DNA of 63,989 nucleotides, the filler included, from Fonticula-like sp. SCN 57-25 (Eukaryota): NCBI GenBank assembly GCA_001724245.1. It is 8 parts of 8 records of this genome, joined end to end, with 100 filler letters (N's around TTAATTAATTAA, not from the genome) between each part and the next. Parts side by side here need not be neighbours in the genome. Positions count along the whole stretch, not along the records: positions 8,248 to 16,331 come from MEDX01000313.1; positions 16,432 to 24,500 come from MEDX01000314.1; positions 24,601 to 33,209 come from MEDX01000315.1; 5 more parts are not named here. The stretch is one strand, 5' to 3'. The notes beneath the pieces are model-generated. The model saw nothing but the letters and a program-made list of their open reading frames with translations, ran no database searches and was not told where the DNA came from. Below are positions 12,201 through 24,832 of the stretch, in pieces. The position numbers and the translations under genes are program-made. Every line of letters starts with the position of its first letter. The stretch's first letter is position 1.

Positions 12201-14636
12201 GGGGGACGACGGAAACGTAGGAGTGCTAGCCGACATCGGCACCGGCGCAGGCATCGACCACCACGCGACGGCGTCCGCGTCGGCACGGTCGCTCCACCTG
12301 TTCATAAGCCGGCACACCGCGCCGTACGCCGTGCCGCTGCCAACCGTCACGTCGTCCGTCGAAGCAGCAGCAGCCTGCAGGATCCACGGCGAAAACTGAA
12401 AGAGCGGCGGCACCGGCTTGTCACCCAGCGGCACTCGCATGCCGCGGTCCCTGACAGCAGCCAGGTTGTCAATGAGGCGCACGACGCACTTGACCGCGGC
12501 TCTGTGAAGCCCGACGTCGGCAATGTCGTTGATGTTGCCGAGGATGGAGACAACGTTCTGGAAAAGGAAGAGAACCATAGCATGCCGCTGATGGGCGATA
12601 GGGATGCGCTGCTGCATCCGCGCCTCAAGCGCAATATCAATTGTGTCAATTCGAATGGCAAGCGCGATTTCTAGATCGCCGCTCGTCGATTGGCGATGAA
12701 TCGCCGCCGTTGTCGTTCTCGAGCGGTCCGTGGCCGACGAATTGTTCCGCGTCAGCTGCGTCGTCCGCGTGCCGGGCGCACTGGCCGACGAAGAGGCGGC
12801 CGCGGCGGCTGCAGCTGCGGCGGCAAACTTGGAACCAGCAGTTGCCGTCTGGAGCCAGGGCTGCTGCACATCAAGCATTCCGTTGGGGCGCGCAATCACT
12901 TCCACACCGTAGACGTTCCGCGACATGAGCTTGGTGAGGGCCAGAACCGCGCCGCTCCAATGCTCAATCGTCTGGGGCCAGCGCGTCGCCTGCGACAGCA
13001 CCGCGCGGAAGCGAGTCCAGACGGCCTCGTTAGTCGACATGGACATGACCAGGATGAGGAAAAGCGCGTGGAGAACAATGTTTGCCATTTCGCCCGCCGT
13101 CTTTTGGTCGCTAATAAGAGTGCTCGAGCAGGCGCCTCCAACTGTGGTGCTTCCCGTGTTGAGCAGCGCTTCCGCGAGATCCGCCATCACGCCATGCAAG
13201 ACATTCCACGTTTCCGGCTCCACGACGAGAGAATCCTGCAGGGCAATGTGGCGCATCAGCTTGAGGGCGTGTCGGTATATGCGGATGTGTGTCTCCACAT
13301 GCGCGGCCGACTCTGGCGGCTGCGGAACAAAGACGGCGCTGGCGTCTCGAATAATGATGCGCAAGTAAATGTTGAGATTCACGTACGAGTCCAGCTGCTC
13401 GTCGGCCAAGAAGGGCGGCAGCGTGTTCTCGAGCCAGCGGCGATAGAGCTGGATCGCGTACACAACGTACGTCGAGTAGGTGCTGAACGGCAGGCGCGCG
13501 CTCTGCCGCACAATCTCCAGTAAAAAGCAGACGTTTTCGGAATTCTCATAAAAGAGCCGCTGGATCCGCGGGTCAGGGTGGTCCACCAGCCAGTCGTGCA
13601 CCTGCAAGAAAATCTTTTCCTGGAGTCGAACTGGGCAGCGCACAACAAAGCCGCTCTCTATCATGCGGTAAAAACGTACAGTCAACAAAGTGGTAAACAA
13701 CGCGAGGATGGGCTGCCGTACTCTCTTCGACGAGGTGCTGTGCGAGCGCCGCGTCTGGGTACAGATAATAAAGGTAGTTCTAAAATGCAGCCAAAAGCGT
13801 CAGATAAAGCCAGCATCTCTTTGGGGAAAGTGCACCGTCTTGAACAGATCAAAGAAGAACTGCAGTAGGCCGGGGTTCTCTGACCCGCTGCACGCTCTAA
13901 TATGCAGCAGAATGTCGTTCAAAATGGCGCAGTGCGCGTCAATAAGATTTGTCCCGGGCGGACTGCCAATGATAACCGCATTTTGTGGCGCTATAACCGC
14001 GCGTGAGCAAACACGTGCAGGTATGAACGTCCATCGCGTACCGGTGATGGGCGTGTAGTGCAGCTTGACCTTGTCCGCATGCTTGGATTCAATAAAGAGC
14101 GGAAGCTGTACCGCGTTGCGGTAGAGATCAATAACTGAGGAAAGGCGACCCGGCTGCACCTCCAAGAACGAGAGCAATAGCTATTGATACCAGATCGTTA
14201 GGAGCCGCAAGCAATGCTTGCCGTAACCGCATACCTTGAGGCCCTCCTCGCGGAGCCTGACGTGATTGTCCTGCGCAAGGAGACGCCTCACGAGACCCGC
14301 CACCGCGTCTACCGTGCCCTGCTCATCAAAGTTGGCGCGCAGATGTGTGAAGCATGGCTTGAACACAGACAGCAGACGAACGAGCTCATTGACTTTACCG
14401 CTGTTGCTAGACGGGGCCTCCTTCAAGAGCTGGATCTTGGCAATGGTCGCATCAAGGGCGGCGAAAAGGAGGCTGATTACCATAGTTGAGTTGGCAATAA
14501 AAAAGGACTCTTCTGTCTCATTGCGGCTCTCGACGAATACCGCGAGCGCAAGGACGCGCGTCTTCGCCTTCAGTTCCGTGTTGAAAAAGTCGCGCAGCCG
14601 CGTCTTGCGGAAGAAACCTTCCCCTCCGAATCCCAT
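9228..14636 (-). CDS. RALGAPA: Ral GTPase-activating protein alpha subunit-like (Rap/Ran-GAP domain), multi-exon
   Basis: N-terminal LLAQDNHVRLREEGLKLLL resembles RALGAPA LLHTGNSLKIRREGVRLFL; RNMSGKYAWD; C-terminal KIGVLYVAEGQE, EVIFHVST, Asn-thumb KKRHVGND, FGPL..GAIV. Confidence 0.85.
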
Positions 14637-14974
14637 GATTGCGCCACCTCAACAACGATAATGGCAACAAAAATGGGAACGGACAAGAAAGCTCGTTCGA
14701 ACCCGCGTCGGCGCTTGACTACGGAACGAGTGCGAGGGGATGGAGACCTCGGGATGAAAGTTGCAGTCACAACGTTTCGAGGTGCAACGAAATCAGACGA
14801 AATCAGACACAAATCAGATTTGCATTGAAGGATCTCTTGGCAGGGGATTAAAGAGTTGGGCCATTTTTAGGGCTCCGCGCGAGCCGCCTGAACAGTGCAG
14901 TGCATGCTCGTGCAATGCTTACAGTAAAGGGTAGACGCATAAGAATGTATTGGTAGTTAATAATGGGATGTCGC

Positions 14975-16067
<1,093 letters not shown>

Positions 16068-16677
16068 TCATTGTTGTGTTGCGCGGCGATCTGGCCAGGA
16101 TCTGGCGGTGATGGCGACGGAAGTGGAAAGTGCTGCGGTGCGGATACCTTTCTGGCCGCCGGAAACTCAAAAGCTAACTCTTTCTTTGTTATCGTTGTTG
16201 TTGGTAGAGCCTGGAGCACCTTGAGGGGGTGCTGCATCGCGAAGAGGGCGGCTTGCTCGGCAAATCATTCAAGCCGAGGTGCGAACCGAGACATTTTCTT
16301 GTAAAACAAGCCTAACACCTGCTCGTTGTGTNNNNNNNNNNNNNNNNNNNNNNNNNNNNNNNNNNNNNNNNNNNNTTAATTAATTAANNNNNNNNNNNNN
16401 NNNNNNNNNNNNNNNNNNNNNNNNNNNNNNNAGCCCCTGCGGTGCGTGATTTGAGGCGATTTGAGGCTTTGGAAACGCTGACAGATCGTTACGGTAAACA
16501 TTTACCGGAAAGGTCGGTTTGAGCCCTGTTTAGTAGGGGTGGGTGGCACCCTAAACGCATGCGATTTTCAAATCTTCCGCAAAAAAAGAAACGAAACTGT
16601 GATTGCTGACTGTTGCTGAGCGTTGTGGCGGATTCTGGGCGGATTCGGGATTCCTGCTAGCGACGGCCGACGGGGCC

Positions 16678-18971
16678 ATGTTGCGGAGGGCATCTTCCGG
16701 TTGGTTGCTTCGGCGTGTTTTATTTGTGGCCATCTACATTCTGATTTTGCTAGAGGTATCTGTCACTCGCCGAGTACGTGGCATCGCTTTTCCGTTTCAT
16801 ATCCGAACTGACCGCATCGTTAGCTCGCGCTGGACCAGAGCGTCGCGGTCGATGCGTTCCTGCATAAAAGGGCCGCCACGCCCGCGTTTGTGTCGGATAC
16901 CGAGACATATTTGTCCGTGCATCTGCCGACGTGGTCGCGGGACAAGGTGCGCGTGCTTCTGGTGGCGGTGGCGATCGGGGGCCCGACGCCGTCCGGTGGC
17001 ATCGCGGCCGCGTTTCGTCACTTGCTGGACCACCTCAAGCACGATCCCCGAATGGAGGTGACCGTGCTGTACACGGGGCATCCCTACTACAGCAGAGGGA
17101 ATGAGAGCACGTGGCAAGAGGCGTTTTCGCGCGACGGGGTGTCGTTTCACGGGCTTCCAAAATTCGTGCTGGACCGCCAGATGCCGGGGCCGCGCAACGC
17201 CGTCGCCGCGTACCGCGCCTTTCTGTGGATGCTGGAGCGGGATGGCAGCTTTGACGTCGTGCACTTTCATGACTACATGGGCAACGGCTACTTTGCGACG
17301 CTCGCCAAGCACCAAGGGCTCGCGTTCCACGACACGAGACTGGTGATGCAGCTGCACTCGACGATGCAGTGGGCGGACGAGGGCAACTACCGCGTGCCGG
17401 AGAGCCCGACACAGCTCATGAACTACTACATGGAGCAAGTGAGCGTCGAGCTGGCGGACGTGCGCATATCGCCGAGCGCGGCGTACATTCGGTGGCTGAC
17501 CGACGTCGCCCGGTTCAACCTCACGCGGGGCGTCAACCTGGTTATCCAAAACACCATGTACCCGCTGCCGGAGCCGACGCCGTCGACGCCATTGGCTGCG
17601 AGCAAGCCGATGGTCGCAAAACATCTTGTCTTTTTCGGGCGCCTGGAGGTGCGCAAGGGCCTCCTGGTGTTTATCGAGGCGATCCGCAAGCTCGTCGCCC
17701 TGGGCGGCCCGCTGCCAGAGTCGGTCGCGTTTGTCGGCATGCAGACGACGATCGGCAAGGGGAGCGCGACCAGTCTCATTGAGAAGCACACCGGCAGCTG
17801 GCCGTTCAGCGTTCTGGTGCGGACAAACTGGACGAGCGCCGAGTCGTCCGAGTTCCTCATGCGGCCCGGCGCAGTCGCGGTGATGCCCGTGTACGTGGAG
17901 AACTCGCCGTACGCTGTGCTCGAGCTGGTCGCGCAGGGCATCCGCTTCATTACGACGCGGGATGAGGGAAGCATGGAGCTGTTGGACGCCGAGTCGCTGG
18001 CCGACTGCAACTGCGTCACCGCCATTGGCGACGCGGGCGCGCTCGCTGACACTTTCCAGCGTGCGCTCACCGTGGGCGTGCGTCAGGTGCGCGCGCAGGT
18101 GCCGCTAGACGTCACTGTGCGGCACCACAAGGAGGCGACGCTGGCAATCGCCGCGGACGCGTCATTTGCAAAGGAGCGTCGGCCGGCTGCTCACCGGCGC
18201 ATCACCGTGGCGATCACCAGGAGCGAGGAGGCGGTGCAGCTCGAGGGCGTGCGCGCGGTGCTGGCGCAGAACTACTCGATGCCTCTGGTTGACATTGTCA
18301 TGATTGAGGACGATGTGGCGCCCGGGTCGAAGGACGCGCTTGCGGCAGAGGTCAAGGCGGCCGGCGCGATGCTCAAGGTTCTCCCTCGCCCCGCAGCGAG
18401 CTCACCGGGCGCGATTCGAAACACGCTTCTCCAGGGCGGCAAGGGCGAGTTCGTCTGCTTTATAAAGGACACTGACAAGCCGCTGCCCCACATGCTCGAT
18501 ACCATCATGCGGGTGGCCAGCGAGACAGGCGCTCGCTTGCTGACGTCGTTCGCCGACCATTTTGGTGAGGATTCTGCCGAGCTGGCGTACCGCCACGTGT
18601 CGCCTGGTAGCGCGCTGGCAGCCAACTTTTACGAAGACTTTGTCGGTGGCGCCGCGCTGTGCGTTCACCGCGAGGAGGCACTGTCGCTTGGCCCGTTTGA
18701 CGGCGCTGGCGACGCCAGGCACCTAAATAGGAGCATGTTTGTCAGGGCGGGGCTGGCCGGCTTGCGGACCGAGATCATCCCGCTCGTTCTTGTTCATTCG
18801 CGCGTAGCTTCTGAGCGCGCCGCCAGCCAGAAGGATGTGTATGGCGCGCACGTCGAGCTGGTGGATCTGGTGGCGGGTATCGCACCGGCCATCTTCCGAG
18901 ACGTAGTGGACTACTGCCACGCGCAGCTGGCCTCGCCGAGGCTGCCCAACGCTCCAATGTGGATACCATAA
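16678..18971 (+). CDS. Type II membrane glycosyltransferase, GT4-like + GT2-like domains; one intron (~16774-16823)
   Basis: Signal anchor in exon 1; GGIAAA, FDVVHFHDYMGNGY, FFGRLEVRKGL, ENSPYAVLE (GT-B); C-terminal AQNY..DIVMIEDD, IRN..GEFVCFIKDTD (GT-A-like). Confidence 0.85.
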
Positions 18972-19649
18972 TCAAGTTGGGTTGTAAGATACTTTTCGAA
19001 AACTTTGTGGCCTGGTTTTGTGAGCATGTATACGTTTATTATTCTCCCTTAATAAATTACAATTTGAGAGATGCTGTTATGCATACATCGCCGCGATCGC
19101 TGCCAGCGACGATGAAATGGACCTCACAGATGCCGCGGATCAGGAGGCGAGCGGATCAGGGGCAAGCACCAGAGTCTTTTGGAGCAAAGGCTATGAAGAA
19201 AGCCTTGGTCAACGGCAAGGTGGAGCTTAAAATTGCTGCCTGCCAACTTGCCAAGCGAACTTGTAACGGCAATCTTAAGCCCACCGACCGTGAGTCGGTT
19301 GTAATGAGAGACTCAGAGTGAACAACGCTGGCCGAGACACGTCGGTCGTCGCGACCAGCGTTGTCGTATACAAATACAACGTCCTCAAGAGTCTATAAGC
19401 GCTGGAAACGTTTCCCACCTCCGGATGGTCCCTGTCGCAGGCATCGTCGTCAACGATGGCAACTGAAACGATTACATCTCGTCCTACGAGCGTCACCATG
19501 ACACGCTTCGGCCATTTCGCGCGAACGGCTTTCCGTTGTATCCGTCACTGCTCCAACTGCTGGATAAGCAAGCCGCAACTGGCGTCGAGGCGCGCGGGCG
19601 CGGGGCGCCGCGGGCCCTCACTAGAGCGTCGCGTGGCTTCAGTGTCCGC

Positions 19650-19752
19650 TGCAGCGGTTGCGTCCTCTTCGTCAGCGACATCGAGTGCAGTGGTTGCGTC
19701 CTTCTCAACTGGGACAGCGAGTGCAGCGGTTATGTCCTCGGCCTCGGCCTCG
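19650..19752. repeat. Degenerate 36-bp tandem repeat (~3 units)
   Basis: Units begin TGCAGCGGTTGCGTCC, TGCAGTGGTTGCGTCC, TGCAGCGGTTATGTCC. Confidence 0.65.
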
Positions 19753-20041
19753 ACTCTCACAGGCAGCCTTGAATTGGCGCCAGGCGCCCGACTGCTATCA
19801 TACTATGATATCATACCGGTATGATATGCATAGCTGGTATCTGCAATCAGATTGCTCGCTTTTGATTGGTGCGCGGCTCGATTACCGAATCGTGATTGGG
19901 CCATCGGTATGCAAGGCCCTGGATTGAAACGATGACTCAGCGTGGACTAGCTTAACCAATCCCGAGTTAACACAATTCAACCAATCGCAAGCTGAGGACT
20001 TTCGTTGACTTTAGTTTTTCCTTTTGCGTAGCGCATCTAGC

Positions 20042-22885
20042 ATGGACGGCATGGTCGCCATGCGACGAACACTTCTTCGGGGGCGAACGTTGGTCATATT
20101 TATTCTCGTCTGCTTGGTGCTGTTTGGGGTGTCCGTCGTAATTCCTGATGAATCGCGGAAAAATTCTCCTTCTTCGCACGTTTCAGCACACCCGAACGAT
20201 CACGTGGTCACCGTGTCCCCCTTACACGAAGGGCAGGGCGGATGGGATCTACTTTCCGACACCATGAAACGGCATCAAGAATGTAAGTCGACCAGGAGAA
20301 GTGCAGAGTTGCTAGAAATGGCTACTAAGGAGCGCACGTTTACCATGCGACGCCACGTTCTTCATTCAAACGATGTTGATCTGGATTATGGCCGCGTAAT
20401 TGTTTCAACCTTCAGCACTGAGATCGCTTCCCTCGTGATGAATTTCCTAAGATCCATCGACGATTTTAACAAGGACGTGCTTGTCCTTCTCATTGCGGTA
20501 GATGTTAACGAGAATGACGTACGCGACCTCGTCCTCCTTCACAACCGTCTATTACCGGGCATGGCCGTTGAGCTCCTCGCGCTGTCGTCCGAATCACTTG
20601 CCTCGCTATATCAATACCGTCCAGGTTCCCCTGGCATTCTCAAGCATATCCCAATCGCGACCATGGCTCGTCTTTTGCTCCCATCCATCGCGCAAGTGCT
20701 GGCCCCGCACACCATTGACCACGTTCTGTACCTTGACTTGGACACGAGCGTGCACGGCGACCTGACTCCACTATTTGCTGGACAAGTGTGCGACCCGCCG
20801 CTCTTTGTTGACGAGATCTCTCCTCAGGTTTGCGGGCGGCAATCTGCGGATTCCGCCCAACTATTTTCAGGATGGCTATCCACGGAAGCCAAATGCGCCT
20901 TACAGACGCCTCCGCAACAAGCTCGTTTCACGAGTTTCAATGCTGGTGTTGTTCTAATGAGCATGTCGCATATGCAGTCATGGGGATTTGCGGCTTATGC
21001 AGTCGCGATATCGTCATTTTACGGCATGAACGATCAAGTGGTGCTCTCTCTCTACGCCCAAGCAGCCGGACTAAGTGCACTGAACCCAGCCTACAACCGC
21101 TGGGCCACTAGTGGAGAAGACACGAAATTCCCCGCGAGCAGTAACCTTATCATGCATTTCAATGGATCTCGCAAACCTTGGACTACTGTGTGGCATCCAT
21201 GGGGTTCTTACTTCTTCAAGTATGAGCCACCTGGTTATCTGATTGTCTGGTCGTCGCTCGTCGCCCCATTTGGGCCTACTCAGATTGAGATTGTCAAAAA
21301 AGCATCTCAAGTTGCCGGTGTATTTCCTCTTCATGTGGTCTGTTCAACGAAGTATTGCCAAGACACGGTGATAGGTTTGGCGTTGGACAACGTGCGAGTG
21401 CGAGATATCCGACTGTCCCGTTTCTTCGACGGTCCTTTCGGCTACTGGTTTCAGCAACATCCTATTGTCAAGATTCACACTGGCGAGCTCTACCCACACC
21501 AATTTCAAGTCGCCGTCGAGCTTGCTACTTTACATTATTATGGCGGCGTTCTCCTCCCTTGGAGTACGGAGCTTGACGATTTGAATTTCACCTCGGCGCT
21601 TCTGGATCAAGAAGACCTATGGTGTATGCCACTCAAGGGAGGCGGCCGCGTCATGGGTGCACCAAAGAATCATGACTCGATTGCTGCTTTTAGCGGGCCG
21701 TTTGTTAGTCAGGGCAACGCCTATGCAACGGGCGACGTATTCCCGCGGGCGCTTCCTGCAAACGTGATGAGCGGTTGCGATGGCCTGCCGCGATGGGAAG
21801 GCGCGTCATCGTCCCCGGCATTGCCGCTTGTTACGTCGTCAGGCGAGACAAGCTCGGCCATCGCCTCATGGACGGCAGTGAAGCATTTTGGCCTGTTGTG
21901 GTTTGATGAGCGCGCGCGATATCTGACGTCTGTTGGCAATATGACGATTGATCTTGGAGATGAGGTGCAGGCGGTTGCCGCCGCACAATGGCTTCCCATG
22001 ATCAACAAGCACGTCGAACGCGATAACATGGATGCCGCTGGCGTTTCGTCGGCCTCCGATGCATCGCCGATCAAGCCGATTATTATGTTCATGAATGCGT
22101 GGTATGGAACTCAGACAATGACGTGGCCGCCGCCGGCAAATGTCGACCCGATCCTCCTTGCGGTACAAGTTGAACCAAATGCGCAAACGCTCTTTACGAG
22201 CCCTGCATCGATTGCCTACCTGAAGGAGCGAGGACCGGTTGGCGCCCGCGACACCATCACAAATGATCTGTTTGCGCAGAAGGGCATTGACACGTTCATG
22301 AGCGGCTGCATGACGCTAACGATGCAGCGTCCGCGCATTGATCGTACTGCTGGCTGCGACATTCTCATTGTTGATGTGAGTCAGCATATTGAAGCAAGTC
22401 TTCCACAGTCCGTGCGTGACCGTTCTTGCAAAGCTTCACCAGAGTATTATGACGGGGGGAGCGGCGACCGCTTCGACGGCCTAAAACGCTTCTCTCTGGC
22501 GCATGAGCTGCTGCAAAAGTACGCGTCTGCTAAAATTGTTGTGACTTCGCGTTTGCAAACTGCGCTCCCGTCGGCGTCTATGGGTGTGCCCGTCCTGCTT
22601 GTTCTGGAGGAATTCATGCCGGGCGGTGGTAGCGGTCAGCGCTTTGCAGGACTGAGTCAACTTGTGCACCTCGTGTTCTTTGATGGCGTCAATAGCACCA
22701 AAGTATTCGAAGATTTCAACTGGGACAATCCGCCTCCGAATCCGTCGCCAAATGGTCTGCGGAACTTCAGATGCGGCTTCAAGAATCATTTAACAATGCA
22801 TGGCCCTTCGCCGGCGGCTACTGTCAATTTTACTGATGTAATGACGGTATTTGACACCTCAATTTTTACTACCAATTGCAGTTGA
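20042..22885 (+). CDS. Intronless multi-domain glycosyltransferase: GT8 + degenerate GT32-like + polysaccharide pyruvyltransferase-like
   Basis: TM anchor; GT8 motifs ARLLLP, VLYLDLD, FNAGVVLM, NDQVVL, HFNGSRKPW; LHYYGGVLL; C-terminal LGDEVQ, PVGARD, SGCMTLT, YASAKIVVTSRLQTALP. Confidence 0.8.
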   Translation: MDGMVAMRRTLLRGRTLVIFILVCLVLFGVSVVIPDESRKNSPSSHVSAHPNDHVVTVSPLHEGQGGWDLLSDTMKRHQECKSTRRSAELLEMATKERTFTMRRHVLHSNDVDLDYGRVIVSTFSTEIASLVMNFLRSIDDFNKDVLVLLIAVDVNENDVRDLVLLHNRLLPGMAVELLALSSESLASLYQYRPGSPGILKHIPIATMARLLLPSIAQVLAPHTIDHVLYLDLDTSVHGDLTPLFAGQVCDPPLFVDEISPQVCGRQSADSAQLFSGWLSTEAKCALQTPPQQARFTSFNAGVVLMSMSHMQSWGFAAYAVAISSFYGMNDQVVLSLYAQAAGLSALNPAYNRWATSGEDTKFPASSNLIMHFNGSRKPWTTVWHPWGSYFFKYEPPGYLIVWSSLVAPFGPTQIEIVKKASQVAGVFPLHVVCSTKYCQDTVIGLALDNVRVRDIRLSRFFDGPFGYWFQQHPIVKIHTGELYPHQFQVAVELATLHYYGGVLLPWSTELDDLNFTSALLDQEDLWCMPLKGGGRVMGAPKNHDSIAAFSGPFVSQGNAYATGDVFPRALPANVMSGCDGLPRWEGASSSPALPLVTSSGETSSAIASWTAVKHFGLLWFDERARYLTSVGNMTIDLGDEVQAVAAAQWLPMINKHVERDNMDAAGVSSASDASPIKPIIMFMNAWYGTQTMTWPPPANVDPILLAVQVEPNAQTLFTSPASIAYLKERGPVGARDTITNDLFAQKGIDTFMSGCMTLTMQRPRIDRTAGCDILIVDVSQHIEASLPQSVRDRSCKASPEYYDGGSGDRFDGLKRFSLAHELLQKYASAKIVVTSRLQTALPSASMGVPVLLVLEEFMPGGGSGQRFAGLSQLVHLVFFDGVNSTKVFEDFNWDNPPPNPSPNGLRNFRCGFKNHLTMHGPSPAATVNFTDVMTVFDTSIFTTNCS

Positions 22886-24832
22886 CCATAATTATAATAA
22901 TAATAATAATACAGAACCATCGATCATAGTCACATCAGTCTGGCATCGTATGTACAGTATCGTACCGTATGATTTTCATTGCGCATAGCTTGCTGATCAG
23001 TATCTGCTCGTTTAATTGAACAATGCCCGTGTATGATATAAATTATCCCAGTCGTATCCGTGGCGCACACGGCATCACGTTAACCTCGATAATGTTTGCT
23101 CAATGATAGTGCCATTGTATTAGTATGGATACAACAAACGAGTAAACATTCATGTTTTCCCGAACATGGCATGCGCTGTCTTTTGACGCTATCTAGGATT
23201 AGGCGACCATTACTCCGTGATTACCTCAGTTTAGCGCGCAATGAGGCAAGTGCTGGTTGTATAATTTTATGGAGAATCGATTGATACCTTACACCACACG
23301 AAGCGTGATTTGAAAGATGATTTGATAAGATGCCTATGGATAGCTCTAAGATCAGACAATGTAAAACTATCAACAGACGAACTCCCCAGAACAAGATGCC
23401 ATGTATCGCAATATAATTATATCAAATTCAGCGTTTCCACTACAATTCAAAAGGATTCTTTTGGACGGTCGAGCGTCTCCGTAAGCTCCTCGATGCGTGG
23501 CGGCGGCAAGCAGCCGCTGTCAGACGGGCTGCAAGGCCTGGCGTCAGGTAGCCACGAGGGTCCCTGAAAGCATTGGTACCACGTCGAGCAAGGACTAGGC
23601 AGAGAAACGTCAACCAGAAGATTGCCAGAAGGTGAAGGGCAGTTTCGGCGATCCAACAGCATAGCGGCATCGGCAGCGACCCCACCGGGCTGGCGATGAT
23701 GTGCGGACGCAGTACAGCAGCGCGCGCCCAACAGCAGCAAAGTTTCGTCAGAAGGGGAGGCGGAAGCGCATGAGCTGCCGAGTGGCCACACGGCTACTGG
23801 CGCGTACGCTGCCCTCCCGGGCCCAGCCGGTGTGTGCCGCAGCCATCCGCAAGCGTCGCGCGCACGACGAAGAGTCGGCTTCGTATGTCGTGCCTCGGGA
23901 ATACCTGGCCATGACGCCAGTGATGCAGAGTCGCGTGCGTCAAGGTGAGCCACCAGCGTCTCACGACTCCACCAAGTCTGCCGCCAGGAACCGCCGCGAC
24001 GCCGTCGGCTCAAGAACAGAACCGCCACGAGATGACCGCCACCAGTGCGGCATCTCGTTCAAAGTCAGGCTGGTGTAATGATAGACGCGATGGCGCAGGG
24101 CGTTCCGGACGCGAAGCAGGCGCGCTCGCATCCGTCTCGCCATGCGCGCTGCGTTCATCCATGCGGAAGAAGGCCTGATCTCCGACGTTGAAAAATTCTT
24201 CATTCCCCTGTCACTGCACGGTGAAAGCGCCAGCGGTCAATTGCTCGTCGAGACGCCCCTCGCGCTCAAGTAGGATTACATGTTCGACACCGAGGCCACC
24301 GCCGCCGTGGCCTCTGTCTGCGGGCGAGATTTTTTATTTTCGTCTCATCGACACATCGCCAATTCTCGGTGGTCTGAGACGAAGTCACGTCGAAGTTACA
24401 GTAGCGAGTGTCCTGACTGAGCTTGACTGAATTTACCGCGCGCCGGCCCAGGATGTGGAGCGCTGTCGCAAAAGTGTCACCTCACATGCTCGTACTGCTT
24501 NNNNNNNNNNNNNNNNNNNNNNNNNNNNNNNNNNNNNNNNNNNNTTAATTAATTAANNNNNNNNNNNNNNNNNNNNNNNNNNNNNNNNNNNNNNNNNNNN
24601 TCAGAGGAGGACGACACGGCGGCCACAGAAGAAGCCATTGCGCGCGTCAAGGCGGCGGCGGCACCTTCGCCGTCGGCAGCCGACCTATAAATTTCAGTCT
24701 TTTTTGTGTAACTATTCATTCCAATAAATGATGCATATTTCTAGCTTGCTTCACTCTTATTGTCTCTAGTACATTTGCAGTGTTTACGTTGTGTACAACC
24801 GCGTGAATCGCCACACGATAAAATAGCTCATC

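Noticed and set aside
19050-19800. Short ORFs between the two glycosyltransferase genes
   Set aside because: Stops in all frames and no recognisable motif; probably decayed sequence
23440-24430. GC-rich overlapping ORFs such as 23447-24028
   Set aside because: No recognisable domain or consistent exon structure; may be a pseudogene but cannot be supported
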